DNA from: Amoebophrya sp. A120 | Taxonomy: Eukaryota; Protista; Dinoflagellata | Assembly: GCA_905178155.1 (NCBI GenBank) | Contig: CAJINV010000012.1 | Span: forward strand, 2,701,765-2,765,764 | Direction of reading: 5' to 3' | Length of the DNA stretch: 64,000 nucleotides | Shown: positions 27,601 through 39,600 of the stretch, piece after piece | Layout: the number at the start of each line of letters is the position of its first letter | Position numbering within the stretch: position 1 is the stretch's first letter | Notes under the pieces: model-generated | Database searches by the model: none | Told to the model about the DNA's origin: nothing | The model's input: only the letters and a program-made list of their open reading frames with translations | Made by a program: the position numbers and the translations under genes

Positions 27601-30600
27601 CGCGACAGGTGGCCGCGACAGGTGACCGCGAGAGGTGACCGCGACAGGTGTCTGCGGCACGCAGGTGGCCACGACAGGCAAAGACCCTCCCCCCACTAAC
27701 GCGCCGCAAACTAAGTCACTAGCGACGCGCGCCGCGCCTGGTGTGAGGCGAGGGGCGGACGTTACTGGTCAAGAATTCCTACTTACGCCGCGTCCTGCGG
27801 GGGCCAAGGCAGGGGCGTAGAAATGCCATACCGCCCTGGAAAAGAAGTCCGGTCCCAAAGTTGCTTTTGCGCAACACAGATCGGAGATTTCTTTCCCCGG
27901 GCGGTATGGACTTTCTACGCCGCGTCCTGCAGGAGCCAGGGCAGGGGCGTAGAAATTCCATACCGCCCTGGAAAGGAAATCCGGCCCCGAAGTTGCTTGT
28001 GCGCAACACAGATCGGAGATTTCTTTCCCCGGGCGTTATGGACTTTCTACGCCGCGTCCTGCGGGAGCCAAGGGAGGGGCGTCATGCGACTGGCACCCGA
28101 ACATGCCCCGCGACTGGCACAGGACCAGCCACGGAGATTTGTCCTGCGGAGCAACTTGATCATCTCGCGGCTTCAGGTACTTAGTCTTGCATGACAAATT
28201 CATGTAACAGTTGAGAATGCCGTAGTGCTCTCCGCCTCCGTGTTGCTCAGAAACGCCTGGTAGACCGGGTTCCGCGCTGGCAACAGGAGCCTCTATCAAA
28301 AGGAAAAATCTCCCCTCCCCATGTTTACAAGGCACGTTTTCGAAAATCTGCGTTGCTGATTTGTGACAACAAATCGTCTCCGTGTTGCATGAAGGCAACG
28401 GCAACCACCCCACAGGCTCCGCCACATAATTCTACGGGCGGTTTGTGATGCTGTTGTACCTTACAGCGTGGACGTCTGGCATCCATGCAAACAAAGCGCC
28501 TAGCCCGAAACCTGTCTCCTCAGGCTGCAAGGCAGCCTGAGGAGGAGCGCACCCATATGCAGCATATGGGTCTGCAGTCCTCGCCAACAACACAAATCTA
28601 ATTTGTGTACGCAAATCCAGCATCACCAACTTCGTTTTGATATCTATGGGGAGGGGTGATTTTTCATTCTGATACCGTGGTCGCGCCACCCACCGAGACG
28701 GGGGGAGCCATGGAGGGAGCGACGTGCGTCAAGTCGCCCTCATGCAACCCTTGTGTTATCCTGTGTAAAAACGTCCCCACACCAGAGTCAAGATGGGAGT
28801 TTTTTTTTGCCCTGCCCCCAATTTTTCATCATTCAGCTATTCTAGTCGGGGCGGTGGGCGTTTCCAAAAATGTGAAGAACCCCTCCCGCCCACCATGCTA
28901 TTCACATGTAAGGAATTGCGCGGGTATACGGAGTCAAGATGGGGAATCTGCTAGACAAATCAGCCAGCTTACTTTGGTTGTTTGGCATGACAAGTTTGTC
29001 CTCGTAGTGTGATCCTGTTTAGCTAGTTCAGAAGCATCACAGATCTAGCAAAGCATGCTGATTCTAGCATGACAAATTCCAAAACACGAACAGGAAACGC
29101 TTCTCATATGGCTCCGCATAAGAAACTTTTTTGGCATGCAGAATTGCATGACAACTCTGGGGAGGTCGAGGTGGGGACATTTTTACAAATGATATGTGTC
29201 GGGGTGTACTTCTCAGCATTTGCTGCGTAACCGAACCGCGGGTGTGCCGGGTGGTAAGGGTAGTGCACAATTTGTTCCAAATATCCAAGAAAAAAACTGT
29301 GTTAGTGTAACTTTCATCTTGGAGGACGAGGAATAGCATCACAAGTTTGCAGCTCTGCATGACAGAGAGAGCCTGTGGTCATGCGTGGCTAGTACGTGAA
29401 ATAAACACGTTCGAAGTAGAGAGCTTCTGATGCATGATGTCCAGCATGAAAAGTGTAACTGTTTCATCGCATTTTCTGCATCACAGACTTACACTTCTTA
29501 CACAGTTTTTTTCTTGCATACCAAAGCGCCCAAAGACGGATTGTCGTAGTCGGTGGCAGCTTTCCGCTTCAGCATCGCGTTGTATGAGAGTGCACAACCC
29601 CCCCCCCTCATTTGTCATGCAAAATACCAAATCCAAGCGCCGCTGCGTGGTACTGTTTGCATGACAGATTCCGGTGGTGGAGGCCTGAACAGTAGTAAGT
29701 AAGTAAGTACTTACTTACACTAGGCGCATGAACTTGTTGTCACATGCACAGGATCTACAGCCACAGGTGGTGGGCGTGTCTGCAATATTTTTGCTGTTCA
29801 TGCAAGACAAATGAGGGGGAGGGGGAGTTGTGCACAGTCATATGTTGAAGCGGCGCTGGAGTAGCCGCTGGTGGTGGGCCGGCATGGTGGCGTAGTTCAA
29901 GTCTATGCATTGCAAATATCGATCTGGGTCTGGAAGGATCCGAACTTCTTGTGAGGCGTATTTGTTCGGATCCTCATACTACATCAAAGATCTGTGAAGA
30001 TGCACCATAACGTGCCAAAGGTGCCCACCTGTTCTGCGGGCCATGCTGAGAGGGCATTTCTCATGCAGAATACGCATCTATCACCATGGAGCTGCTGCAG
30101 AACCTGTGATGCTAGGCCTTGCATGATTCCAGACGTGGGGGAGCTGGAAAAAACTGCATGACAAATTTCGGAATCTCCCAGACCCAGACACTTTTGGTTT
30201 TGCATTTGATAAGGTCCGGCGGCGCGCCATTCTCGAAATTTCCGTAGATGTCCACAAAAAAACCCGCGCCCGTCGCAAACTGGGGGAACGCGTCCAGTGG
30301 GAGCTGGGGAAATTGTAGCAAGGTACCTTGCCACAGATTGTGTTTGTCTCCGGGAAGTGATATCAAATGCAAAAGTGTCTGGGTCTGGAAAGTAGAAGTT
30401 GCAAGATTTGTCATGCATCTCGCGGACCACAGCACTCAACATGGTCTGGAATGCAGACAGAAGCATCACAGATTTTTTGAGACCTTGTTCGTGTTCCTCA
30501 TGGATGCCTCTTCCGCATGAGAAATTCCCGTTATTTTAGTTTTACCTAGCGAGAATTCGTTAACTGTTGGCGTTCATCATGCAACACAGACTTTCTCGTG

Positions 30601-33600
30601 ATCCAGCCTTCGCATGACAGGCTTCATTCTTCCAGACCCAGACACATTTGCAATGCATATAGGATTCCTTGCCACCAATATCCAAGAAAGAAACTGTGTT
30701 AGTGTAACTTTCTTGGAGGAATAGCATCACAAATTTGCTCTGCATGAGAGAGAGAGCCTGTCACGCGCGCCTAGTACGTGCAAACACGTACGAAGAGAGC
30801 TTCAGACGCATGTCCAGCATGACAAGTGTAACTGTTTTGCACTTTCTGCGTCACAGACTTACTCCCGCAGAGGGAGCGAAAGAGCACGGCCCGAGAAAGT
30901 GAAACTTTCTTGATTTGCATGAAAGGGGCCCGAAAATGAAACGCGCAGCGCTCCCCGAAATCGATTCAAATAAAACGCGAACGCTTGCCGGGGCGGTTGG
31001 CAAAAGAAAGACAGGGAAGCGATCAGAGGCCGGCGCCTTGGGGACGGCGACTGCCCTCCCGGCGCCTGCGCTCCCAGACCGTGACAAATAGCAGGCAAGG
31101 TGGCCGCCGCGGCCGGTTCTATCTTCCTTGTGTCCGTGCCGCGGCCGCTGCGTCGTTGTGTTGCTCCGCGTTTCATATTTATCGCGCTGCCCCGCGGGAA
31201 TTTGCGTGGCCCTGGGCGAGCGGGCCGGACGCCCGTGGTAGAGGGCGTCGAGTCTCCGCGCCCTTGCCTGGGCGCTGCGCTTTTGCCTTGGCTGGCTCGC
31301 CTCTGAGTTGCATGTCGTGCCGCCCCACGGGAATTCGCCTGGCCCTGGGCGATTGGGACGGGCGCCAGTGGTAGGGGGCGCCGCGTCTCCGTGCTCTGGC
31401 CTGGCCGCTGTGTCGCTGCTTTGGTTGGTTCGTGTCTCTGAGTTGCGTTTCGCGTCGCCCCACGGGAATTTGCCTGGCCCTGGGCGAGCGGGCCGGGCGC
31501 CAATGGTAGAGGGCGCCGAGGGAGTTTCCGCGCCCTCGCTCGCCTGGCCGCTGCGTCTTTTCGCTGGTTGGTTCGTTGCTCTGAGTTGCATGCCGCGCCG
31601 CCCCGCGGGAAAGAATTTGCCTTGCCCTGTCGTATTCGGTCGGGTCGAAGATGAGTCGCAGATCGAAATGGTGCCGCCCAATGACGAAAGGCCGGAAAAG
31701 TCCGCCAAAATAGTGCGGCCGGGGTTTCTTGCGTGAATGATTTCGCGCCAGCTGCTTCGGTTTCGATCGGCCCCGGGCACGCCAGTGCTATGCCCGAAGC
31801 AAGTTTTGCACCGATGTGGCTAATAACGTCGAGAGGCATGCAAAGCCAAAGGGCTGAACGCTGCAACCCGCGCACCCGCTTGCCGCCTTCTTCGCGTGCG
31901 ATTGCGTCCCATTTCGTCACGTTTGCGCCTGTATTAGGCCTAGCCGGCGCCTGTGGGCCAGTTGTTTTGCTACCGCTCCAACATGGGGCACCGGTGTGGT
32001 TTGGATTGCAATGCAAGCTCATTCCGCTGCCTGTTGCGCTGTTTGGACGTTTTTCTGCCCCTTCGTCGCTTGCTGCTATACTTGGCGAGATCCTTGCGCT
32101 TTGGGCTCGTTTGATTATCAACCGCGCCGACTTCCCTTGCTTTATTTTCTTTGTGCCCCCACTTTGCTCCGTGTGCTAATGTACCAAGCCAAACGAGTGC
32201 GCTCGTGGCTCATTTGATTAGCTACTGTCTGCATTCGTTGCCGTTTTGCGGGATTGGGCTCGCATTCGCGTCGCCTTGGCTCTGTTTTGATCAATTTGAG
32301 GAGTTTGCGCTGTCAGTTTGTGGTCTTTTGCTAACTACTGTCGTGAGTTGCGCGCATTTTTCCCCATTTGATTAACAAGTAAGCAAGCCGAAACCGCGAC
32401 AATTCGAGAAATCCCGGCACATGTTTGCGGGTTTTTTTCCGTCGCACTTTTTTCCATTTGGTGCGCTGCGCGCGACTTTGGCAACCGTTTTGGCGTTTTT
32501 GGTCTGGTTTCTGTGTCATTTTTCGCGTTTCTGTGCCTTTTGTTTCGCTTTTGCGGCTATTCTGCTCCGTTTGCTAATGTACCAAGCCAAGCGAGCCGCT
32601 TTAACTAATTTGGTGCGTTTTCGGTTTCATTTTGCACCATTTAGCAAACTACTGACCTAATTCGCGCGCATTGATTTTGTCCCATTTGATTCACAAAAAC
32701 GCAAACCCGAACCGCGACAATTTGAGAAATCGCGGCGAATATTCGCGGACGTTTTTCCGTCGCGTCTTCACCGATTCGAAGCGTTTTGCTGTGGCTTTTG
32801 CCATCAGTTTACGGGCCACATTTGCCAGTCGCTCGCGCGGATCTGCTAACCCATTCATTGCATGCGGTTCCGTTTTTGAAAAAAACCCTTCGCAGGGCTT
32901 CACCAATTGGACAAATTAGGGCGAAAAAACGCCAACACCGAACAGAGCTGGGCCGATTTTGTCGAAACTTTGGCGACGGAATCGCAGGAAATTGGTTTGC
33001 ACAGGTTTGAGCACGTTAACAAAATAACAGCCGCAGAGCGCGTCGTCTTATCACCACGCGCGCAAATTTCAGCCGCTACGCATCGCCAGTGCCGTCGGTG
33101 GAGCAAACTCGCTCGCAAAACGCATCGCGCGTCTAGCCCCAGAGCTAAAGCAGTGACATATCGCGCGGAAGGGCGCCGCGGGTGTGTTCCTCGTGAAAGC
33201 ATTTGCGAAACAGTACCCGGAAACGATTGCCCGCCCATCGCCTTGGAGCTCGTCGAAGGGTCTCGCGTGGAATTTTGCCGGCGTTATGGGTCCGCCGTGA
33301 AGCACACGAGAAGCATCGCGCGCGATGTAGGGCGTGACTTCGTCTCGCCCGAAGTTGAAATCGAAGGCGAAAGCGACGCACTTGACGCAGAGCCACTCAC
33401 CAGCATGCTGCTCGTGCCGCGTCTGCCTATTCAGATGGTCGAAGCTTATGGGGAACAGCGTCGGCCTTTGCAGTTTCCCTTGCGGTTAGCGTATTGCAAA
33501 ACGTTCCTCAGGCGGAAAGGCCCGGGGCGGTTCCGCCTTCTAGTCTACTTCTAATTTTCCCGGTTTTTCATTTTTTTCGGCAAGCCGCCGTCGGGAATGG

Positions 33601-36600
33601 GGAGGGGAACAACAATGCCAGCAAGCAATAGGGGTGACCGCGGCGGCCACCCCGAATGCCTGCTGGCAAAAAAACCGGCATCATAAAGATCCCAACTGCC
33701 CTGTGTTGCGCAACCCATGCAAACACCGCCCCTTCGGTGGGGTTGCGATAAATGAAAACCCCACGCAACCCAACCCGATTCACAAGACACCCCACAGGCG
33801 CTCTCCAAAGAAGATCCCAGAGCCCCGGCCCCCGAGCGAAAATCAGAGCGCAGGCTGCGACGTCATTCCAGAAGCGAATCCTAGAAGTCATCTCCCCACA
33901 TGACTTCTTGCCGCAGGTTTTCGCTTCTGGAGTGGCTTTTAATTTTCCTTCTAAAAAACCTTCTAATTTTCGCTTCTAAAATGGGCTTCTAAAATGGGCT
34001 TCTAAAATGACCTTCTAAAAGTGGCTTCTAAAAGCCACTTCTAAAATGACCTTCTAAAAATGGCTTCTAAAAGCCACTTCTAAAAAACTTTTAATTTTCC
34101 GTCCGAAGACGAAAAATCCGGGAACCTGCCCGGCTTCTAAAAATCTTCTAAAATGCCCGGTAGCGCAAAATCCCGTGGAAAATCCGAGTTTTCGGATTTT
34201 AGAAGGACCGCGGCCGGCATTTCGGAAGCATGATTGACCAGTTTTAGAAGGTCGAAAACAGGTCTTTCCGATCTTCCGGAACTTGGCTGTCAGAGATTTC
34301 GCGCCCTGAAATCTCTGACTGCAGGCGACGTCGGGAGATGGTGCTCGACATATATCGAACATCATGTCCCTGATGTACAGCCTCTCCCTCTCCCCAAAAA
34401 AGACACAGACCAACACGACGTCACGACCTGAAATGGTAACGCGCAGAATCATGCGCAATGTCGGATCGGCGGATCCAAGGCAAAGACAACCCCAACGACG
34501 TAACCCAGAGGAAACAACAAATGGCCGGCAAACCAACCACGCCAGACACCAACGCGAGCCCACCAAATTGCGCGGCCCGCTTTACCCCGGAAAACGACCC
34601 AAATTTTTAAATTTTAAAAGCCTAGAAACCGCGGAGGCCGCCTGGCTTCCGCGGCTTCTGGCCTGCGCGCAGGCTAACCACGGACAGATAATGACGCAAC
34701 ACACGACCGGCCGACCGGCCTCACCCGACGGGCTCCGGACGGGGACGGACGGGGTCACCCACAAAGGGCGGCCGGAATTTTTGGAATACCGGGAAAATTA
34801 GCCATATTTCAGAAAAAAAATCCGCCCGGGGTGCTCCCGCCTGACGTTCCACGCCGTTCAAGGCGTGACAATATCAGGCGAGTTGTTGCATGGCTCAGAT
34901 GTCGACGCGCTTACGCATGGGACGGGCTATGTGGTATCTGGTCGAGTTGAAGACGCGTCGCAAATTGCAACGGTTTCGCTCAATGATGAAAGGCCAGAAA
35001 AGCTTACCAACATGAAGGCCAGAAAAAGCTTGCCTAGCGTGGCCGGAATTTCTCGCGTGAGTGATAGACTTCGCGCCAGAGTCGCTCATATATGAAGAGC
35101 GGAGCAAGTTACTCAGCAACGTGGCGCGCTTGGACTTTTTTCGCAAGCGTCAGGTCACGCCACACGCCCTGGCCATGGTTGTGGATGCGCCAACACCGAG
35201 CCCGTCTGATTTATGCACCGAGATGCACACAGCAAAACTCCAAACGCGGCAACCCACGCGCCCGCGTGCTGCTTCTTCCTTGCGCGACTCTGTTCCAGGA
35301 TGCCTCGCCGGTTTTTTGTTGTGTTTTGCTTACCAAGCCACAACCGTAACAATTTGAACAAACGTGGCGCATATACGCGGGCGCGTTTTCTTTGATTTAT
35401 TGGAGCGCTTTTTGTAGTTTTTGCCATCGCTTTGCCGTTTTTGGTCTGATTTTTGCACCATTTTGCGCGTTTTGAAACAAAACAGCCCGACTTCGCTGCC
35501 ATTTTGCACCGTTTCGCAAATTATTGACGCAATTTGCGCGCATTTTGATCCATTTGTAGCAAAATAAGGCAAGCTTTGCGCGTTTTCGTGCTTTTTGATT
35601 CGCTTCTGCGGCCATTTTGCTGCTTTTGTTATTGTACTAAGCCAAAACGGTGCCACTTTTGCCCGCTTGCTATACTACTGGCCTCATTTGTTGCGTTTTT
35701 GACTAATTTGGTGCGTTTCCGGTGTCATTTTGCGCGATTTCGCATGCTATTGACTCAATTTGCGCGCATTTTGTCCCATTTCATTTACAAAAACGCAGGC
35801 CCGAACCGCGGCAATTTGCGAAATCTCGGCGAATATTCGCGGACTTTTTTTTCGTCGCATTTTATCCGATTTGTAGCGTTTTTCGTGGCTTTTGCCATCG
35901 TTTTGAAGTTTTTGAGTCGATTTTTACACCATTTTGCGCGTTTTGGAACGACAAAAATTCAGCGACTTTCGGTGCATGCCGTGCGTGTTTCGTAACATAA
36001 TTTTATGCAGTTACCGCAGACGGGCCACCCAATGGATGGCCGCTCGGTGGGAGCAGTCCCCCACCGCGTCGTCGAGGCGCCCAGGGAGATGGAGCACCTG
36101 ACCCGCGATGGAAGACATGGACCTCTGTCACACCCCGTAAGAAAAGGGCGGCGCGAGGTCTTAGCGGCCCATCCGTGGTAACGTAACCACCTAGAAGCAA
36201 ATGGGAGGGGGGGCGGGCGAAACAAATACCACCCCGAAAGTCGGTGGGCTGTCCTGACTAATCTTCTCAAGTCCTGGCTACCGTAAACTAAGGGCTGAGG
36301 GCGGACACGGGCATAAAATACCGCCCGACCATCCTCAGCCTAGGCTCACAGGCTCGCTAGCCTGTTGCTACCCGGGCATACATTTTATGCAGTTACCGCA
36401 GACGGGCCACCCAATGGATGGCCGCTCGGTGGGAGCAGTCCCCCACCGCGTCGTCGAGGCGCCCAGGGAGATGGAGCACCTGACCCACCGGCGGAGGCCG
36501 GATACGCCGAAGCATCCCAAAGAACCCGCTGTGGCGCTTGCGGCCAGTAGATGAATTTGGGAAACCGGTGCGCCCCATCGATGAAGGCGTAGCAACGAAC

Positions 36601-39600
36601 GACGACGGGCTGAAAAGTGGGCCGATAGACTAAGACGCGGGCCTATCAGAAGGGTCCGCCAAATAGAACGAAAAACCGCGATCGCCCAGGCTTAGCATAG
36701 CCCCATTACAAACCAATCGGACGAGTCTCGGTCTCGCATAGCGATGGGAGGGGAAGTCCGGATATTTATCTCAAAGCAGATCCAACGAAGTCCAGCGCTC
36801 TAGTCAGGGAGAAAGTTCGCAAGGGTAACGGGTTCGAACCGCCAGTGCCAAACGACCCCTCCTCCCATCGCAAAGCGAGACCGACCGCCGTTCCTCGTCC
36901 CGAGGACAGAACGGCCAGACAACACCTATCCCGCATAGATAGCTGGCAACGAGACGTTTCCGACCTTCGGAGTCCAAAATTCCCGCACAGCGGACCAAGC
37001 TAGACCTTCGGACAAGCGAAAGCCAGAACTTGCGAAAGGCGGAAGCCAAATTTCCCGACAAGCGGAAGCCAAAGTTCGAGGCTCCGAAAAAGCGGAAGCC
37101 AAAATTTCCGACAAGCGGAAGCCAAATTTTCCGACAAGCGGAAAGCCAAAATTTCCGACAAGCGGAAGCCAAAATTTCCGACAAGCGGAAGCCAAATCAT
37201 CCGCAAAGCGGGCCAAACAATCATCCGCAAAGCGGGACTAACGATCATCCGCAAAGCGGGCCAATCATCCGCAAAGCGGGCCAATCATCCGCAAAGCGGG
37301 ACTAACGATCATCCGCAAAGCGGGACTAACGATCATCCGCAAAGCGGGACAAACGAGACTTACTACCAACGGCAGGGGCGTTACTCCCTGGGAACAAGAG
37401 AAGGCGAACAAATACCACCCCGAAATTCGGTGGGTTGTCCTGACTAATCTTCTCAAGTCCTGGCTACCGTAAACTAAGGGCTGAGGGCGGACACGGGCAT
37501 AAAATACCGCCCGACCATCCTCAGCCTAGGCTCACAGGCTCGCTAGCCTGTTGCTACCCGGGCATACATTTATAACACTTACACAGTTTTTTTCTTGCAT
37601 AACCAAACTTGTCCGACCAGAGTTTGGCGACGCCGTTGCTATCCTGTGCAAAAGTATCGCACTCGTAGTAATTGCATTTATGCATTACAAATCCACTTGT
37701 CAAAGTAAATCACCATTACAAATTCAATTTGTAATGCTGGGGGTGGAATTTGTAATGCAATTTAATATACTAGTACGATTATACTTTTGCATTGCATAGT
37801 TGTCGCTCCCCGTCGACACCCCAACTTGGGTCCCATATTTATGAAATGCAAATGTGTCTGGGTCAGGAAGATTCATCTGGGACTTTTGTCATTCACGTTT
37901 TGCGTCAGCCATCGTCAGCCATGATCATGTCTAAGGTGCATGCCCTAGCATCACAGATTCTTGAAGGGCTTCTTGATGATGATGCCCATCTTTCCGCATG
38001 ACAAAATTTCCCACCTCTCAGTATAGCAAAAATGAAAATCCTTTTGCTGCTCATGCACTGCAGATTCTTGTTTTGGAATCCAAATGCAGCATCAAAAGTT
38101 GCATTCTTCCAGACATCCAGAAAGTAAGATATTTGCACTCCATACTTTTCGGTCCAGTGCCATCTGGTGTCCTCACTCACGGTACACAAGTGAAATATGC
38201 CCCCGCCCCCGGAAGTCAGCAACTCTGGGGTGCTTAGGAGGCACCTCATCTGGTGCTTCGGAAGCATCCCATCTGGTGCCTAAGAGGCAACCATCTTGCA
38301 TTATTTGGCTCCCAAGTCAGGCTCCGGATTTGTGACATTTTGCAGCACGCATGTGAAGTTTTTGCATGCAGGCGCCAAAAGGTGGGCGCTGCACTCGCCC
38401 GATGCGGCAAGTCCGGCGATCCAGGTGTCAAATGGGGGAGCATTTGACACCCGATCTGCCGGGATCTGGCGCTCAAAAAGATTGCGGCTTTTCTAAAGAG
38501 AATCCGCATGCTACAGGCCCGATTCGGCAGCCACAAAGCCGGCTCCTTCTGCGCCGCCGGATTCCGGCAGATCGGTTGTCAAATGCGCCCCCATTTGGCA
38601 GCCGGATCGCTTGCATTCACCGACTCATAATTGAAGTCGCCTGTCGAGCTTTTCCCAGATTTCGTTTTTGTGCATGACCGCGCCAAAAGCTTCCGGAGCC
38701 CGACTCGGGTGCCAAATATTGCAAGACGAATGCCTCTCAAGCACCAGATGGGTAGCTTCCTAATCACCAGATGGGGCGCCTCCTAAGCACCCCAGAATTG
38801 CTGACTTCCGGGGGCGGGGGCATATTTCACTTGTGTACACGGCGCAGTAGTCGGTATGGGAGTGTCAGGATCGAAATCGCCAAAGTTGAAAAAGTTTGTC
38901 ATGCATAAGATGCAACGCATGGAGTGCCTGTCTTGCTGGGATGGCAAGTGAGGCCGATTGCAAGCCTGTTAACGGTTTGGCATAGAGCTGCTGAAGGAGC
39001 ATGACAAAAGCAGTCTTCTGTTTGTGTTCCCAAATAGCATGACAAAGACAAATTGGATTCCGGTGCTCAGAAAATTTGTCATGCGCCACTTGATGAGTGG
39101 GCTACTACTGGTATAATTGGCTTTATGCATTCCAAATCTTTTCAACAACTTTGACGATTTCAATCCTGACACGACTCCCATAGTCGGCCTTGTTTTTGTA
39201 GAGGCGGTACATGAATTGCATGTAAACGTTTCCTTCGCTCTCAGGCATGACTTCGCTCTTCTTGAAAAGACTCCCACGCGCTGGGCAACGGTAGTAGCAC
39301 ACCGCGCTACGCAGTTTGAACATGTCGAGGTATTGAGAGGAAAAATGCCCCCGCCTCCCCATATCGAAAAGGAGATTTGTGATGCTGTATTTGCATAAGC
39401 ATATAGACAAATCGAATTGTATTGCTAGGAGGCCAAGAGACCACGCAGTTGCGGCCTCGTTATTGCAGGTACTAGTCTGTCATGCTGTTTGCCGCTTGTC
39501 TAGTTGCTTCCTGTCATGCTGAAGACGCAAGGCTTTCCACAGCCAGCCAGTACTAGAGTCCGCGTCTCTACTTCCCTTCTAGCATGACAACGTGATTTTT

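Larger units (their letters stand above)
24119..28224. mobile_element. TIR intron, family D, expanded to 4.1 kb by nested repeats
   Basis: TATAGTGTTCTCAACTGTT...AACAGTTGAGAATGCCGTA; DR gtgct/gtgct; frame EAES|TELT. Confidence 0.85.
30679..37601. mobile_element. TIR intron, family C, expanded to 6.9 kb by nested elements
   Basis: TATCCAAGAAAG...TTTTCTTGCATA; DR accaa/accaa; frame DKFG|GKES. Confidence 0.85.

Noticed and set aside
30851-32179. ORFs of 309 and 420 aa as a possible transposase
   Set aside because: GC-rich tandem-repeat translations with no DDE, RT, Rep or tyrosine-recombinase motif. No autonomous element is visible in the window.
36260-36385. Possible self-cleaving ribozyme in repeat B
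   Set aside because: Stems are present, but I could not match hammerhead (CUGANGA..GAAA) or HDV-like cores by eye. An Infernal/Rfam scan would be needed.
36980-37350. Regular 16-24-bp repeats resembling a CRISPR array
   Set aside because: Head-to-tail tandem units without unique spacers, no cas genes, and a eukaryotic intronic context.
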